The notes beneath the pieces are model-generated. The model made no database searches, was not told the DNA's origin, and saw nothing but the letters and a program-made list of their open reading frames with translations. The position numbers were made by a program, and so were the translations under genes. From positions 62,001-126,000 of the forward strand of contig JAQGDQ010000028.1 in the NCBI GenBank assembly GCA_030141605.1: DNA of 64,000 nt, in the 5' to 3' direction. Shown piece after piece: positions 38,331 through 49,409 of the stretch. Origin of the DNA: Tubiluchus corallicola (Eukaryota > Animalia > Priapulida). Position 1 is the stretch's first letter; each line of letters begins with the position of its first letter.

Positions 38331-38350
38331 AAGAAAAAGGAAAAGAGAAG
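38331..38350 (+). other. Polypurine tract
   Basis: aagaaaaaggaaaagagaag, 3 nt (ccg) upstream of the 3' LTR. Confidence 0.85.
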
Positions 38351-38353
38351 CCG

Positions 38354-38559
38354 CGCCAGTATACATGCGTGTTGTTAGTTTTATCAACTTTACCCCTTTT
38401 GCAAAGTTGCTCTTTTGTTTTCAACTTCTTTGTTTTTCGGGTTGCGCTCTGCTTTCTAGTTACAACCTCGTTGCTTTGCGAGTTACAATAAAGTTGTTAA
38501 ATTTATTCTTGTCGTCTTGGTGTTTGGGACAAAGCTGGTACATTCTTTAATTAATGGCG
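38354..38559 (+). repeat. 3' LTR (206 bp)
   Basis: Identical by eye to the 5' LTR; the ORF track gives identical spurious 61-aa translations in both copies. Confidence 0.95.
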
Positions 38560-39255
38560 CAGTGCTTCCATTGATATTATCACATGATAGCCAGATGCTG
38601 TATCTGCTTGTTGACCTCAGCATGATCATTCGTAGGGTAAAGTATGGTAAAGTTAATGATTTTGCAACAAGCAAAAGTAATGTAATATGTGATTTTACAT
38701 GAAATGGAAATGTGTTAGTCATTAAAAAATAACAGGCACAACTCTACTTACCATACCATTACCATAACTACTGTTAATTAACGCATTTTGATTTTTCATC
38801 CTTTATTACCTATTATTATTTTGTGTTGTTATGTCATTAATCTAGACTTATTAATTAGTTGTGTTAACAGTGTCTGGCTTCTAGTGATAAGAATAACATT
38901 GAGTGACCTTAGTAGAACTATTCAATTTTTTACTATTATTAATGTATTGATTAGTCATGTTCTAATTCATGTAATTAAGAAACAGTTGTAATTGCTGAAC
39001 GTTGTTAATTTATTAGGTGCTCTATGAAATAAAACTTATCGTACTATACATGCCCAACTTATATGTTATACAGAATACAATAAAGTGTGAGATTTTTTTT
39101 TATTGTTTGATTTAATTAACTCCTGAAATATGTGTTTTATATAATGCATAATTGGGTTGCTAAACATTATGAAATTTATATTTATATCATTAGGCCTATT
39201 CTTTTGGTTTACTCATGTTTTTGGGACCGGACAATAGTTTGTTTCAATTATTTAG

Positions 39256-39369
39256 TGCACAAGTCGAAGCAAAAGAACAGACGGCAGCAACCAAGACAAC
39301 CACAGCTTTTTGAAGATACAAGCATGCAACCACCAATGGGATACGGGCAATCAACTGACATTTATGGTG
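39256..39369 (+). CDS. YIF1B: YIF1 exon 2
   Basis: tttag/gtaggt boundaries; contains PQLFEDTS (YIF1 family (P/Q)LFDDTS motif). Confidence 0.88.
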
Positions 39370-40279
39370 GTAGGTATTGGTATCAGCTTGTCCCCAGTAA
39401 TTTCTGTTAGTTATATACCCATTTTCCGATCTCATTAGAGCTGGAAATTAGCCAAATTAGTGAGCGTGTCTAAAAAACAATATCGGTATACCATCATAAA
39501 GTTTCTTTTTCGGCTCATCTGTTGGTACTTCATATACTATCTTATCGTATTCATGAATTTCTGAGCAACTGGATCCCAGTTATTCCGACTTCTTAAATAA
39601 ATGTAATATTGCTGTATTCAGTTTTTATTCGTAGTTTAGTATCATATGTGAACAGATTAGGTTAACCACTTCACTGTTTCTATGATGAGAATCTTGCGTA
39701 GAATCTCGTGAAAATGGTATTCTAAGTGGCCTATATAACGAGACTGTACCACCACGCTTAATATGCGCACTAACTGACACTTAGGCCTGTAACAATAAAA
39801 ATAAACAGTGGTGGTGTCTTCTGTTGGCCATGAAGTTAATATATAGGCTACAAAATGCTTATAGTCAAAATATGGGCAAGACTTGCAGAGAAGTTTGCTG
39901 TTTTCATTGAATGTGCCCTGCAGTCTGTTGTGCTGTGACTTTTGCAAGATGCTCTGTATTATACTATACAAGACAAAACTGCTTTTCAAGCAATGTGGTA
40001 AAGCTGGTGTTGATAAAAGTAGTGGTACTCATGATGGTGGTGGTGGACAGCAATGCTGTCGGCAGAAGCGAAAATTATTATGCTGTGGCAGAAAGGGGGG
40101 CTCCCAACAGTTATGGTGGAGGCAGTGTTAGTTTTTTGCAAAAAAGTTTATTTGAAGGGCTCTGTAAGGTTGTTACCATTAATAGGTAACCGTTAACAGA
40201 ATGTGACTCAGTAACTTTAAGAAAGGTGGATTTTACTCCTACAATTTTATTCTATATGTTTATTGTTTGTAATTTGTAG

Positions 40280-40503
40280 GCTACCCTATGCAGCCACCAA
40301 ACTATCCTCCAAATCAGCATTACATGCCTCCTGGAACTGCAGCATACATGCCTCCAGGAACAGCGGGATACATGCCTCCACCTGGACCGCCACCACCCTC
40401 TCATTATTCTGGACAACAGTTTTTTTCTGATCCGATGGCAGCTGCTGCCATGCAGTATGGTACAACGCTGGCAGACCATGGAAAGGATTATGTCACAAAA
40501 AAT
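40280..40503 (+). CDS. YIF1B: YIF1 exon 3 (ends at a GC donor)
   Basis: ...FFSDPMAAAAMQYGTTLADHGKDYVTKN| resembles YIF1B DP...AMAYGSSLA.QGKELVDKN; donor AAT|gcaagt. Confidence 0.88.
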
Positions 40504-40777
40504 GCAAGTAGTAACATGAACTGATATGTGTGTGGCTGAAGATGTAATCACGATTATTTTATGACTGCGTACCAGTTTTGTATACTTAGTATCCTACTAA
40601 TCATTACTGCAAAATATTGTAAGAATTAATTTTAATTAATACTGGGGAGAGCCAGGAAAATGTTTTGCCAAATATAGCTTTGGATATCAATGTACCTTGT
40701 GTAGGTTGTAGTAATGCACTGAAAATGGAAAATTAGAAAATATATCACCTAATCTTACCATGTACAATTCATTGCAG

Positions 40778-40882
40778 ATTGACAAGTATGTTCCTGTTTC
40801 TAAGCTCAAGTACTATTTTGCTGTTGATAATGCGTACGTTGGCAAAAAATTGGCCTTGTTATTATTTCCATATTCTCATACA
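40778..40882 (+). CDS. YIF1B: YIF1 exon 4
   Basis: [35 protein letters not shown] with the KLKYYFAVD signature; cag/gtaagt boundaries. Confidence 0.96.
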
Positions 40883-41499
40883 GTAAGTATTTTTTGAGCT
40901 GTTTTTTGTTAAAGTTATCGTTGACAAAACTGATGTCCAGCTTGCATTTAACAAGTCGTGTAATAGGCTGATGCTGATTTTTTTACATCATATTCTGTGC
41001 TTTTTACATTACTAGGGTCAGTGTGCTACTGATAAGAACAATTTTGGCAATATTACAACAGATATTCAGAGTAACAATTTAGGTTACAATTTAGAATAAT
41101 CGTAAAAGAAAGTATATATAATGCACTAATGGAAGCGGTTTGGTGCCACCTTCTGTCTTTTGCTTTAGCACAGTTTAGCTTAAACTAAAAAGATCAGCCA
41201 AACAGCTTTTCAACTCGGGATTGACTACCTAGTGTTCCCTAGAACCCTAATTCAATAGGTCATTTGGTCACAATAAAGTTTAGTGATTTCTTGCTTATGT
41301 ATGGCTCATTTTTATGAAATTCAACTGGCAAAGACTGTGACATTTAAGCAAATGCTGCAAACATATTGAAGTCTGTGTTAATTTTTTTGACAAAGCAGCT
41401 TTTGTCAATTGCTGTTTCAGGTCATATTTATCAATATGTTATCAGTTGTAATTGCGGACTTTCTCTTGTCTACTTGTCTAATAGGATACATAAACGCAA

Positions 41500-41640
41500 C
41501 TACTGTAGGGAATTTCTGGTACCTTTTAGTAGAAAAAACGCTTTTATATTGGAATTCCTTGCCACAAAACCTCAGAAGTGTTTCTACTGTGCACCTGTTT
41601 AAAAACACTTGGAGACACATCTCTAAAAATTATTTTGATC
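41500..41640 (+). mobile_element. Degraded L2/CR1-type LINE 3' end
   Basis: Translation YWNSLPQNLRSVSTVHLFK...HI matches the WN.LP..IR....FK LINE ORF2 C-terminus. Confidence 0.55.
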
Positions 41641-41861
41641 AATTCCAACTGTTATAAACTTCAGTAATAACTTAATTTTTACCATAATTTCTGTCCTGCA
41701 GGTGATTTGCGTGTTTTGTGCAAAATTTTTCATAATTTTATTAATGTTACATTTTCTTAATTGTGCAGTTGTAACCATAATATTTTACTGTACAACGTTT
41801 TGCTTGAACTTGGGCTTTATAAAAAATATATATATATTCCATTATTTCTATTGTTATGCAG

Positions 41862-41998
41862 GACTGGTCAATAAAATACAACCAAGATGAGCCAGTGGCG
41901 CCACGTTACGAAATCAACGCTCCTGATTTATATATACCAGTAATGGCCTTTGTCACCTATTTGCTAGTGGCAGGTATCGTAATAGGATCACAGGACAG
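41862..41998 (+). CDS. YIF1B: YIF1 exon 5
   Basis: [38 protein letters not shown] with the NAPDLYIP signature. Confidence 0.96.
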
Positions 41999-42881
41999 GT
42001 AAATGTTAATTTGTTGGATATCTCCATAGAATAGTTAATGGACAACAGTCTAAATAATTATACCTATCCCGAGATTACATGTAAGTTTACAAAACAGGTC
42101 TGATATATTTCAGTGAAATGTTAGCCAAAAACAGTTTTTTTAGAGAAATGAGGAAAGAACATTTGAGCAAAAGAAAACAGAATGATTTTTCAGACAATAT
42201 CGTGTTTTTGCCTGTGATCCAAAAACATACATTTTATTACTTTACAGTAATAAACAAAGCTACAAAGCTTTGCAGTAGTACAAAGCTGTTTCTGATAATT
42301 CAGTGAATGGCCATTGAGCACAGCTCATGATGTCGTTTTGTTCGTAAAAATTTACCAGTGGCAGAAACACGCAAATAAATATTTCAAATATGTTTTTGAA
42401 ATTGAAAACTAAAATACAGTGCTACTACTTAATGATACACACAAACTGAAATTAGCAGCAATGAAATATTAGCAAAATTAGACTCCTGAGGTAATAATTT
42501 TTTTTAATGTAAATAATTCCTAATAAAGCGCTTGGCCGCGGAAGGTTAAGAGTGTTATGTCCTCCGATGAATGAACACAAACATGATGATGTGATGAATT
42601 CTTAACAAAACAATATTTTCCTTTCGGTATTTTTCTTTCTTATCTTCCTTCATTTTAAGCTGTGGACTAATGTCTGGTACTGTTTACCTTTAAGGGTAAA
42701 AACATGAATGATCCTAACCCATCTACATTATCCAGCTTAATCCTTTGAGACAAAATCCCTGTGTCAAGGAGTATTAGGAATGTTAAGTTGTGCAGTTAAC
42801 TATTAAAGAAAGAACCATTATTAGTTTTCATTGCTAACTTTAGAAATTGAACTGATCTGTAGGTATGAAACTGTGCTTCAG

Positions 42882-43037
42882 GTTCACACCGGAACAATTA
42901 GGAATGCAAGCTAGCTCCGTTCTCGTGTGGTTAATCATCGAAGTAGCACTGTTAGTTCTATGCCTCTACATTATGAACGTAAAGACAGATTTAAAGTATC
43001 TTGACGTACTTGCTTACTGCGGATATAAGTATGTTGG
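42882..43037 (+). CDS. YIF1B: YIF1 exon 6
   Basis: [21 protein letters not shown]...[12 protein letters not shown]; cag/gtaagt boundaries; phase 2-2. Confidence 0.95.
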
Positions 43038-43666
43038 GTAAGTGTGTAAGCTCTATAGTAATTATCCGTGAATGTCAGTCAGGGTGGGACCAAAACTGAT
43101 ATGATTAATACTTCTGGCAACAAGTTATAATCAAATCTATCCTTCCATCATGTATGGGGCAGATGCTTGATTCATATCTTTGCACAATTTTCAGCTATCA
43201 GTAGTAGTGATCTGAGATAACTTCTTTCCAAAACACCCTTTTCTGCCATTTTTTTCATCGTAAGTACCTTTTTTATGCAAGCATGATAAGTCAGTCATGG
43301 CACTGGACTTGTAAACCAAAATCATTACGTTGCAGCCTTGCAACTGTATACCTTCATCCTGAATTCAAATACCGGCTCGGTCCTGACTGTTTTACTTTTA
43401 TTTAAATATTGTAGTATTTTGATTTTCATACATTTCTTTCGGTCAATTTCATTTTAATTATTAAACAACTGTGAGTTCATTCAGTGATTAGCAACTGAAT
43501 AATATTACATCTTGATGGTTTTCAAGTTTTTTAACAGAATGTATGAAAACTTTGGTCGTGCTTGCAGTTTTGTCACTTTTTCTTCATATTGATCTTCATA
43601 TCATAATACATAAGTTCACTACATCACTTGAATGTTTTGAATGTAAGAAAACTGTTTTTGTTTCAG

Positions 43667-43760
43667 GATGATTGTTACCATGGCTGGCCAGCTGTTTTTC
43701 CAGCGTACGGGCTATTACATAGCTTTCGCTTGGATGAGTTGCAGCCTAGTATTTTTTCTT
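43667..43760 (+). CDS. YIF1B: YIF1 exon 7
   Basis: MIVTMAGQLFFQRTGYYIAFAWMSCSLVFFL; tttcag/gtgagt boundaries. Confidence 0.93.
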
Positions 43761-44305
43761 GTGAGTTGCTTTGTCGCTTCAAGATTCATAGGGAGTTTGG
43801 CTAAAATCCAAGTGGCTTTGGTAGCTCTTCTATTATTGCAACTTGGATAACTTATTATTTATTTACTTTACACTTTTAAGTGTACTAAACAAAAAATTGA
43901 AGAACTGTGATAGAGCTGCAAAAACTGTAAAAGTACCAACCATACCATCACTTAGGTCGTTTAATGAATTATCATTAAATATTTTGTGTATGAAAAATGA
44001 TTTAAATGATAACTGAAATAAAAATAATTGTTATGTCTGAAAGTTTTTTGTCTCGCCTTAAATGATTGGGTCTTGATAGTGACGCTAGTCAGTAAGTAAT
44101 GCCTGTCTTCTAAATTTATGTACCAGTTTCCTTTTTTATGCACCTAGACTATTTGATCATTTTTTGTTTGTATACACCCACTGATAATCAGATATGCACG
44201 AATGTAGGCATATGCACGCATCCACATCACCTGAACTCGCACATACACACACTATCTACAATGACTAGAGATTTCTCCCTTGGTATGCAATCGCTGAGTA
44301 ACTGA

Positions 44306-44540
44306 GCGAGTGAGAATGTTCAAATATTCCAGCATATATTTTAACATGAACAGCGAGTGAGAATGTCTAGACATTCCAGCAAATATTCTAACATGTACAG
44401 CAAGTGACAATGTCTAGACATTTCAGCAAATATTCTAACATGAACAGCGAGTGAGAATGTTTAAGTATTCCGGCAAATATTCTAACATGAACAGCAAGTG
44501 AGAATGTCTAGACATTTCGGCAGATAGTCTAACATGAACA
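44306..44540 (+). repeat. Minisatellite, 5 x 47 bp
   Basis: Units start at 44306, 44353, 44400, 44447 and 44494; consensus gcgagtgagaatgtctagacattccagcaaatattctaacatgaaca. Confidence 0.92.
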
Positions 44541-44553
44541 ATTTTATTTTTAG

Positions 44554-44745
44554 GTTAGGACTTTGAAGGTTCAAATTTTACCAGAACATCACGGCGGTGA
44601 CGTCACATCAGGGAACAAACGGCGACTGTACCTGCTCTTAGTCATTGCCTTACTTCAGCCATTATTAATTCTATGGTTGACTAGCCGCCTGTACACTGCA
44701 AATCCCTTGGACGTCCGAGGAACAGCTACAGCTACTGCGCTGTAG
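44554..44745 (+). CDS. YIF1B: YIF1 exon 8 (terminal)
   Basis: VRTLKVQIL...GNKRRLYLLLVIALLQPLLILWLTSRL resembles YIF1B IRTLRLKIL...RNQLRMYL....A.AQP.LMYWLT; stop TAG at 44743-44745. Confidence 0.93.
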   Translation, partial: VRTLKVQILPEHHGGDVTSGNKRRLYLLLVIALLQPLLILWLTSRLYTANPLDVRGTATATAL

Positions 44746-47177
44746 TGATAAACCTTATATTCATGTCACATGTCTCGAGTAGAAACATACATAAACTATT
44801 ATAGCAAATTTTGCTGTCAAACTACTGTCTCATTTAAACACAATTTTGTTGTTAGTTTTCTTGGTAATAATAAAGAACTGTGTAATATGTCATGCATGTA
44901 TATTTTGATACTTACCGGTGGTGATGCAGTAATAGCTTAAAAATTGAGAAGCTTATAAGAAAGCAAGTTTGTTATTTATGTTTAGCCCTTTTGTGCAATG
45001 ATATCGCAGCTTAGATTTCAAATATTATATTAATCTTCAAAAGCTAACCGTTTGCGATACCTGTTTCAGATTTAGGAACAAAACTCAAGTTCCTGTGATG
45101 AGTTAATAAAATCACGTCTGCTTAAGTCACACCTCTGGGAGACCAGATAATGAATTAAGTGAAAATTGGCTTTGTGACTGTATGTACACGCATCAGAGTA
45201 ATTCAGCGCTTGATATTTGATTAGTTAACAGGAAATTGAAGTTTGTCAACTAGGTGTGAAGTCTGATTTCACTGTATTTTCTGCTTGTGAAAGATTTGCG
45301 AGAATTCGTATTGAAGTCATTCACCTACATTTCGATGTTCTATAAAACGACTTTAGCAATGTTTTAGTTTCCGTACAAAAATATTAATTGTATTAAGCTA
45401 TATATATATGGGAAGGATTGATTTTTATGTACCATTTAGACTAACAAGTGACATCACTTTTACTCTTTGTGTATCATTCTTGTTGATTCTTTGCCATTGC
45501 CAGTTCTTTGCGTTTTCTGAAAATGTTTTTTGAGTACCGACGGAGTTGTTCTAACAGTCTTAATCTAATCTGCCAACTTATCACTTCTTGTTAAAATTGT
45601 CTTTTCACTATTATCTTTTCTTGATAATGCTAGCTGCCCTTTTATTATTATAAAGCTATTAGGCTGTAAAAAAAATCATTTCTTATTGTGTTGCAAGCGC
45701 AAAGATTAATTTCTGGCAAAATAGATGCAGACAATCTGTAGTATGGAACATGGAAACCTCAGGGAAATGGAACTCCATTTTGAATTAATGTAATGTAAAA
45801 TGATAAACCAACAAATTGAGAATCACGATTTCGATTTTCAGTGCCCACAAAGTGCGAACATTTATGTGACTTCAAATGGTACCTACTTTATGTAAATCAT
45901 TTGTACATACCGCCTTTACTTTGTTTTTGCGTCGCAAGGTGGCAGTATGAGTTGTATAAACCATAAACTTTGGCAGAGACTAAAATGTTTTTGAAAACTT
46001 ATCAGTTGGTGCAACTAGGTGGAAGGTGGTGGTACATACTAGTAGAATGGAAAAATTCATTAAAATATTTGACTTTAAAATGAATATTCTTTTCTAGTCT
46101 ATTTTACATATAATGTAAATAATTTTAAAATTGGTTTAAATGCCTGACATTAAGGATAAATAACAGTGTTGCTTTGTGACAAACAACAATATCAGCAATT
46201 GTTCATCCTTAATAACTTGCTCCCTTTTCAACATATTAATGTAATATACAGGATCAATGTCTTGGGACTGAAGAAAATATAAAAGCCTTCTGCTTTCTGC
46301 TGCTTTGTAATATACCTTGCGCATAAGATTATTATAAGAGGGTGTTAACATCTTTACGTTTATAAAAGAGCTGTAGATTTTGGTTGTATTTAAGTAAATC
46401 TTAATTATAAGTAATATAAATAAAGGAAATAGTCTCTAACGTCTTTGTTAAGTTTTTTTGCAGTGGAATTTGTTTGCTTCTTATTTCACACTTCTAGTTC
46501 TTACAGTGCAGTTGCTTTAAACTGAGCTCTAGCTACTGTTTGTTCAGGTATAATTTTAGTGGCTGGCAAATGTCAGCTTTGCATGGCATGGTGGCATCTA
46601 TTGACGTGAAAGAGTTAAATATCACAAACTAGTGGCTCTTATGAAGAGAATTTAAGATTGTACCGGAAGCACGCCAATTCTGACAAAATAAGGAAAACAA
46701 ATAAGAATATTAATTTTATTTCTATTATTGTTATCCAAATTGTTTGAATTACACAAATAAAACAATGCATTTGAGGCAATATTTTGTAGTGGAACTGTAT
46801 ATGTTTCTGTTAATTGTACTTAAATTTTATAGGACATGTTAAATCAATTTTATGATTATGCATTATTACCAGAGCCGCGTGTTATAATACAAAAGAGCAT
46901 CAATAATAACACCGTAATTTCTGTAACTCCTAAAGTAATTTCTGAAATATTTAAATAATTTCAGCAAAAAAAGTAATTATTATTTACATCCTAAATTTAT
47001 TTGTGAAATATTTAAATTATTTCAATTTAAAAAGCAGTTATTTACACAAAGAGCTATTATTTAATTTACTGTTGGTCCTGTTGTTTCCCAGTTCTTTAGG
47101 TATGCGAGAGTCGAAGATTCTGTTAAGGAAGCGCTACCCCTGCGTGTGTAGTGGAACTTCCCACTGTGCTCTGTCAC

Positions 47178-47187
47178 TGCGCATGCG
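47178..47187. promoter_or_regulatory. NRF1-like palindrome (TGCGCATGCG) just upstream of the PACS start codon
   Basis: tgcgcatgcg, 25 bp upstream of ATG 47212. Confidence 0.4.
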
Positions 47188-47211
47188 TAGAGGAGTAAAG
47201 AAGAAAACACC

Positions 47212-47321
47212 ATGGCTGATCGGATGGGAACGAAACCGACGATGGGGGTTAATAAACCCGTTCCAATGAAGCTTTTTGCGACATGGGAGATTGATAGAAG
47301 TGCTCCAAGCTGTATACCAAG
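47212..47321 (+). CDS. PACS2: PACS (phosphofurin acidic cluster sorting protein) exon 1
   Basis: caccATGG context; MADRMGTKPTMGVNKPVPMKLFATWEIDRSAPSCIPR resembles PACS2 [23 protein letters not shown]; donor AG|gtatag. Probably the single invertebrate PACS1/2 orthologue. Confidence 0.92.
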
Positions 47322-48220
47322 GTATAGTTACCTTAAATATGGAATTTTGTCATTATTTTATGTCATATGAGAAAGTTATTCAAGAAATAGTGAGGAAGAT
47401 TTGCTTGCTGCATGTTATAGCATACACACACTAAACGTTGTACAATCTTGTTGCTTACTGTACTATCCCTACAGTATCCGATTTTATTCGACTTGATCCA
47501 TTCTAATGAAATTGTTTTCATGTACATACAAAAAACTAGGGGGAGGGGAGTTTAAATCATTAGTACTAATATTACAGTTATAAAAATTTCTATAAGTATA
47601 ACTGTCGAGTGGCGGGAGTATATGTTTCACAGACTCAGTATCACGCACACAGTATAGCCTTGGATGTGCTCATTTATATAATTCCTTTTATTTAAATTTA
47701 TTTCAGGAGTCGCTATAATGTCCAAGGTATATTTATAGAAATATATGACAATAACATATAACTAATAAGTAATGGCTAATAATAATGTTGTGCCACTAAA
47801 TATTTATGTGGAACACAATAATTAATATTGTCCCAGTATTGTACTTCGGATGGAGCGCAAGTCAGACTTTGATAAAAAGTCACTTTAAAGCTAATACTCC
47901 TGGTGCATGTAATGCTTGTGGTGATGTACATTTACAGTAATTTGTATTCAAACGTGGAAAATGTTTCCATATGTACATAAGGTGCACTGCTCGTCATCTG
48001 AAATCCAATCAACAGGACACACAACAATATGCAGACCAGAAGGTGCCATTACCTAGTGATTTAACACTTTTATGTTAGCATACTTTTTTATAAAGGAGCT
48101 TTCTCCCAAACTGAAATAATGTATTAACATACTGTTTAAAGAAGTTTGCTTTTTGATATTTATTGCATTTGACTTGGTAAAAGCTTTATGTTACGATAAA
48201 ATTAATCTTTTCATAAAAAT

Positions 48221-48566
48221 CCTCATGCTTTTTCAGTTAAGTATCAAACATCTGACCTGCTTTTTTTACTAGTATGTAGTTTACATAGACTATGCTTTTT
48301 GTAAGCTTCTTGCTTGATTTCATTACTAACCTAACACAAAAAGTGACTTTATACATTTTCAAATTACCATTGTACCGTAACTAGTAACATGCACCTCATG
48401 CTTTTTTAGTTAAGGGTCAAACAATGAACCTGCTTTATTACTAGTATGCAGTTTACATAGAATATGCCTTTTGTCAGCTTCTTGCTTGATTTGATTACTA
48501 AGCTAGCACAAAAAGTGACTTTGTACGTTTTTAAATTACCATTGTACCATAAATAGTAACGTGCAC
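48221..48566 (+). repeat. Tandem duplication, 2 x ~173 bp
   Basis: Copies begin cctcatgctttt at 48221 and 48394 and align throughout with scattered substitutions. Confidence 0.9.
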
Positions 48567-48568
48567 AT

Positions 48569-49409
48569 GTGCATTTAATCATTTTCGATGTATTAACACT
48601 GTGTCTGCAGTGTGTGGATTGGCTAGCCCAGTATTAAGTTAAACATACATAATGATTTGGAAAAAAAATTGTAAAAACACTTTGTTGCAGAGAGGTGCAG
48701 TTTTTGTGTATAGCTCTATAGTTACAGCCTGAATATGTATAAAGCTGTCTGAAAATTTGGTTGCAAGTGAAACTCTTAAGCTTTACAGTATTCATTATCA
48801 GGAATTGGTAAAGTTCTTATTTCACGCAATGCAGTTTTAGAATATTTTGTGATAAAACACTCTGGAATGCCCTTGCACAAGTTTTCAAAGAACTGATTGG
48901 TCTTAGTGACCTGAATTGGGCTGATTCAAATTACTTGCAAGATTATAAGTAACATCTATAACCGGACACATAGTTATGGTAAGAGATGTCTGAATTTGAA
49001 TAAGAGATCCCAGTAAAGTGGCATTTACCAGACATCTGGAATACCTTATAAATTCATTATCCACCTGCGGCATAGCTGCGCATAAAAAATTAATAGGAAA
49101 TAGCTGCCGAAAAAGTAACACATAATGCAAATCTGATAAACAGGTGCATTGAAAACAATTTTTTCTATTCCACTTCGGCATAATGCATACACATTCCGGA
49201 AGTCTAGTAAATGCCACTTTAGTCTGGACACTGTGGTCTTCTATGTAAGCTATAATAAAATCAGTTCACCTCATATTTGACGAACCATGTCAAACATTGC
49301 CAGGCTTTCCTGTCAAATAATGCTGTGCACTTAAATTAATACTGGACTAGCCAATCTAGCCATGCACTGCAGACATGGTGTTAATAAATGGAAACTGATT
49401 TGATGCGTC
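48569..49409. mobile_element. Non-autonomous DNA element with ~90-bp TIRs
   Basis: Left tattaacactgtgtctgcagtg..gattggctagcccagtattaa is the reverse complement (with mismatches) of right ttaatactggactagccaatc..cactgcagacatggtgttaata. Confidence 0.8.

Larger units (their letters stand above)
32572..38559 (+). mobile_element. Full-length LTR retroelement with Gypsy-like domain order (Gag-PR-RT-RNaseH-IN), CG...CG termini, ~5.99 kb
   Basis: Two 206-bp direct repeats (32572-32777, 38354-38559), a PBS-like TGGTGGC.. at 32778, a polypurine tract at 38331-38350, and gag-pol ORFs between them. Confidence 0.96.

Noticed and set aside
44306-44540. CRISPR-like array
   Set aside because: Whole 47-bp units repeat with no unique spacers, the context is a eukaryotic intron, and no cas genes are present.
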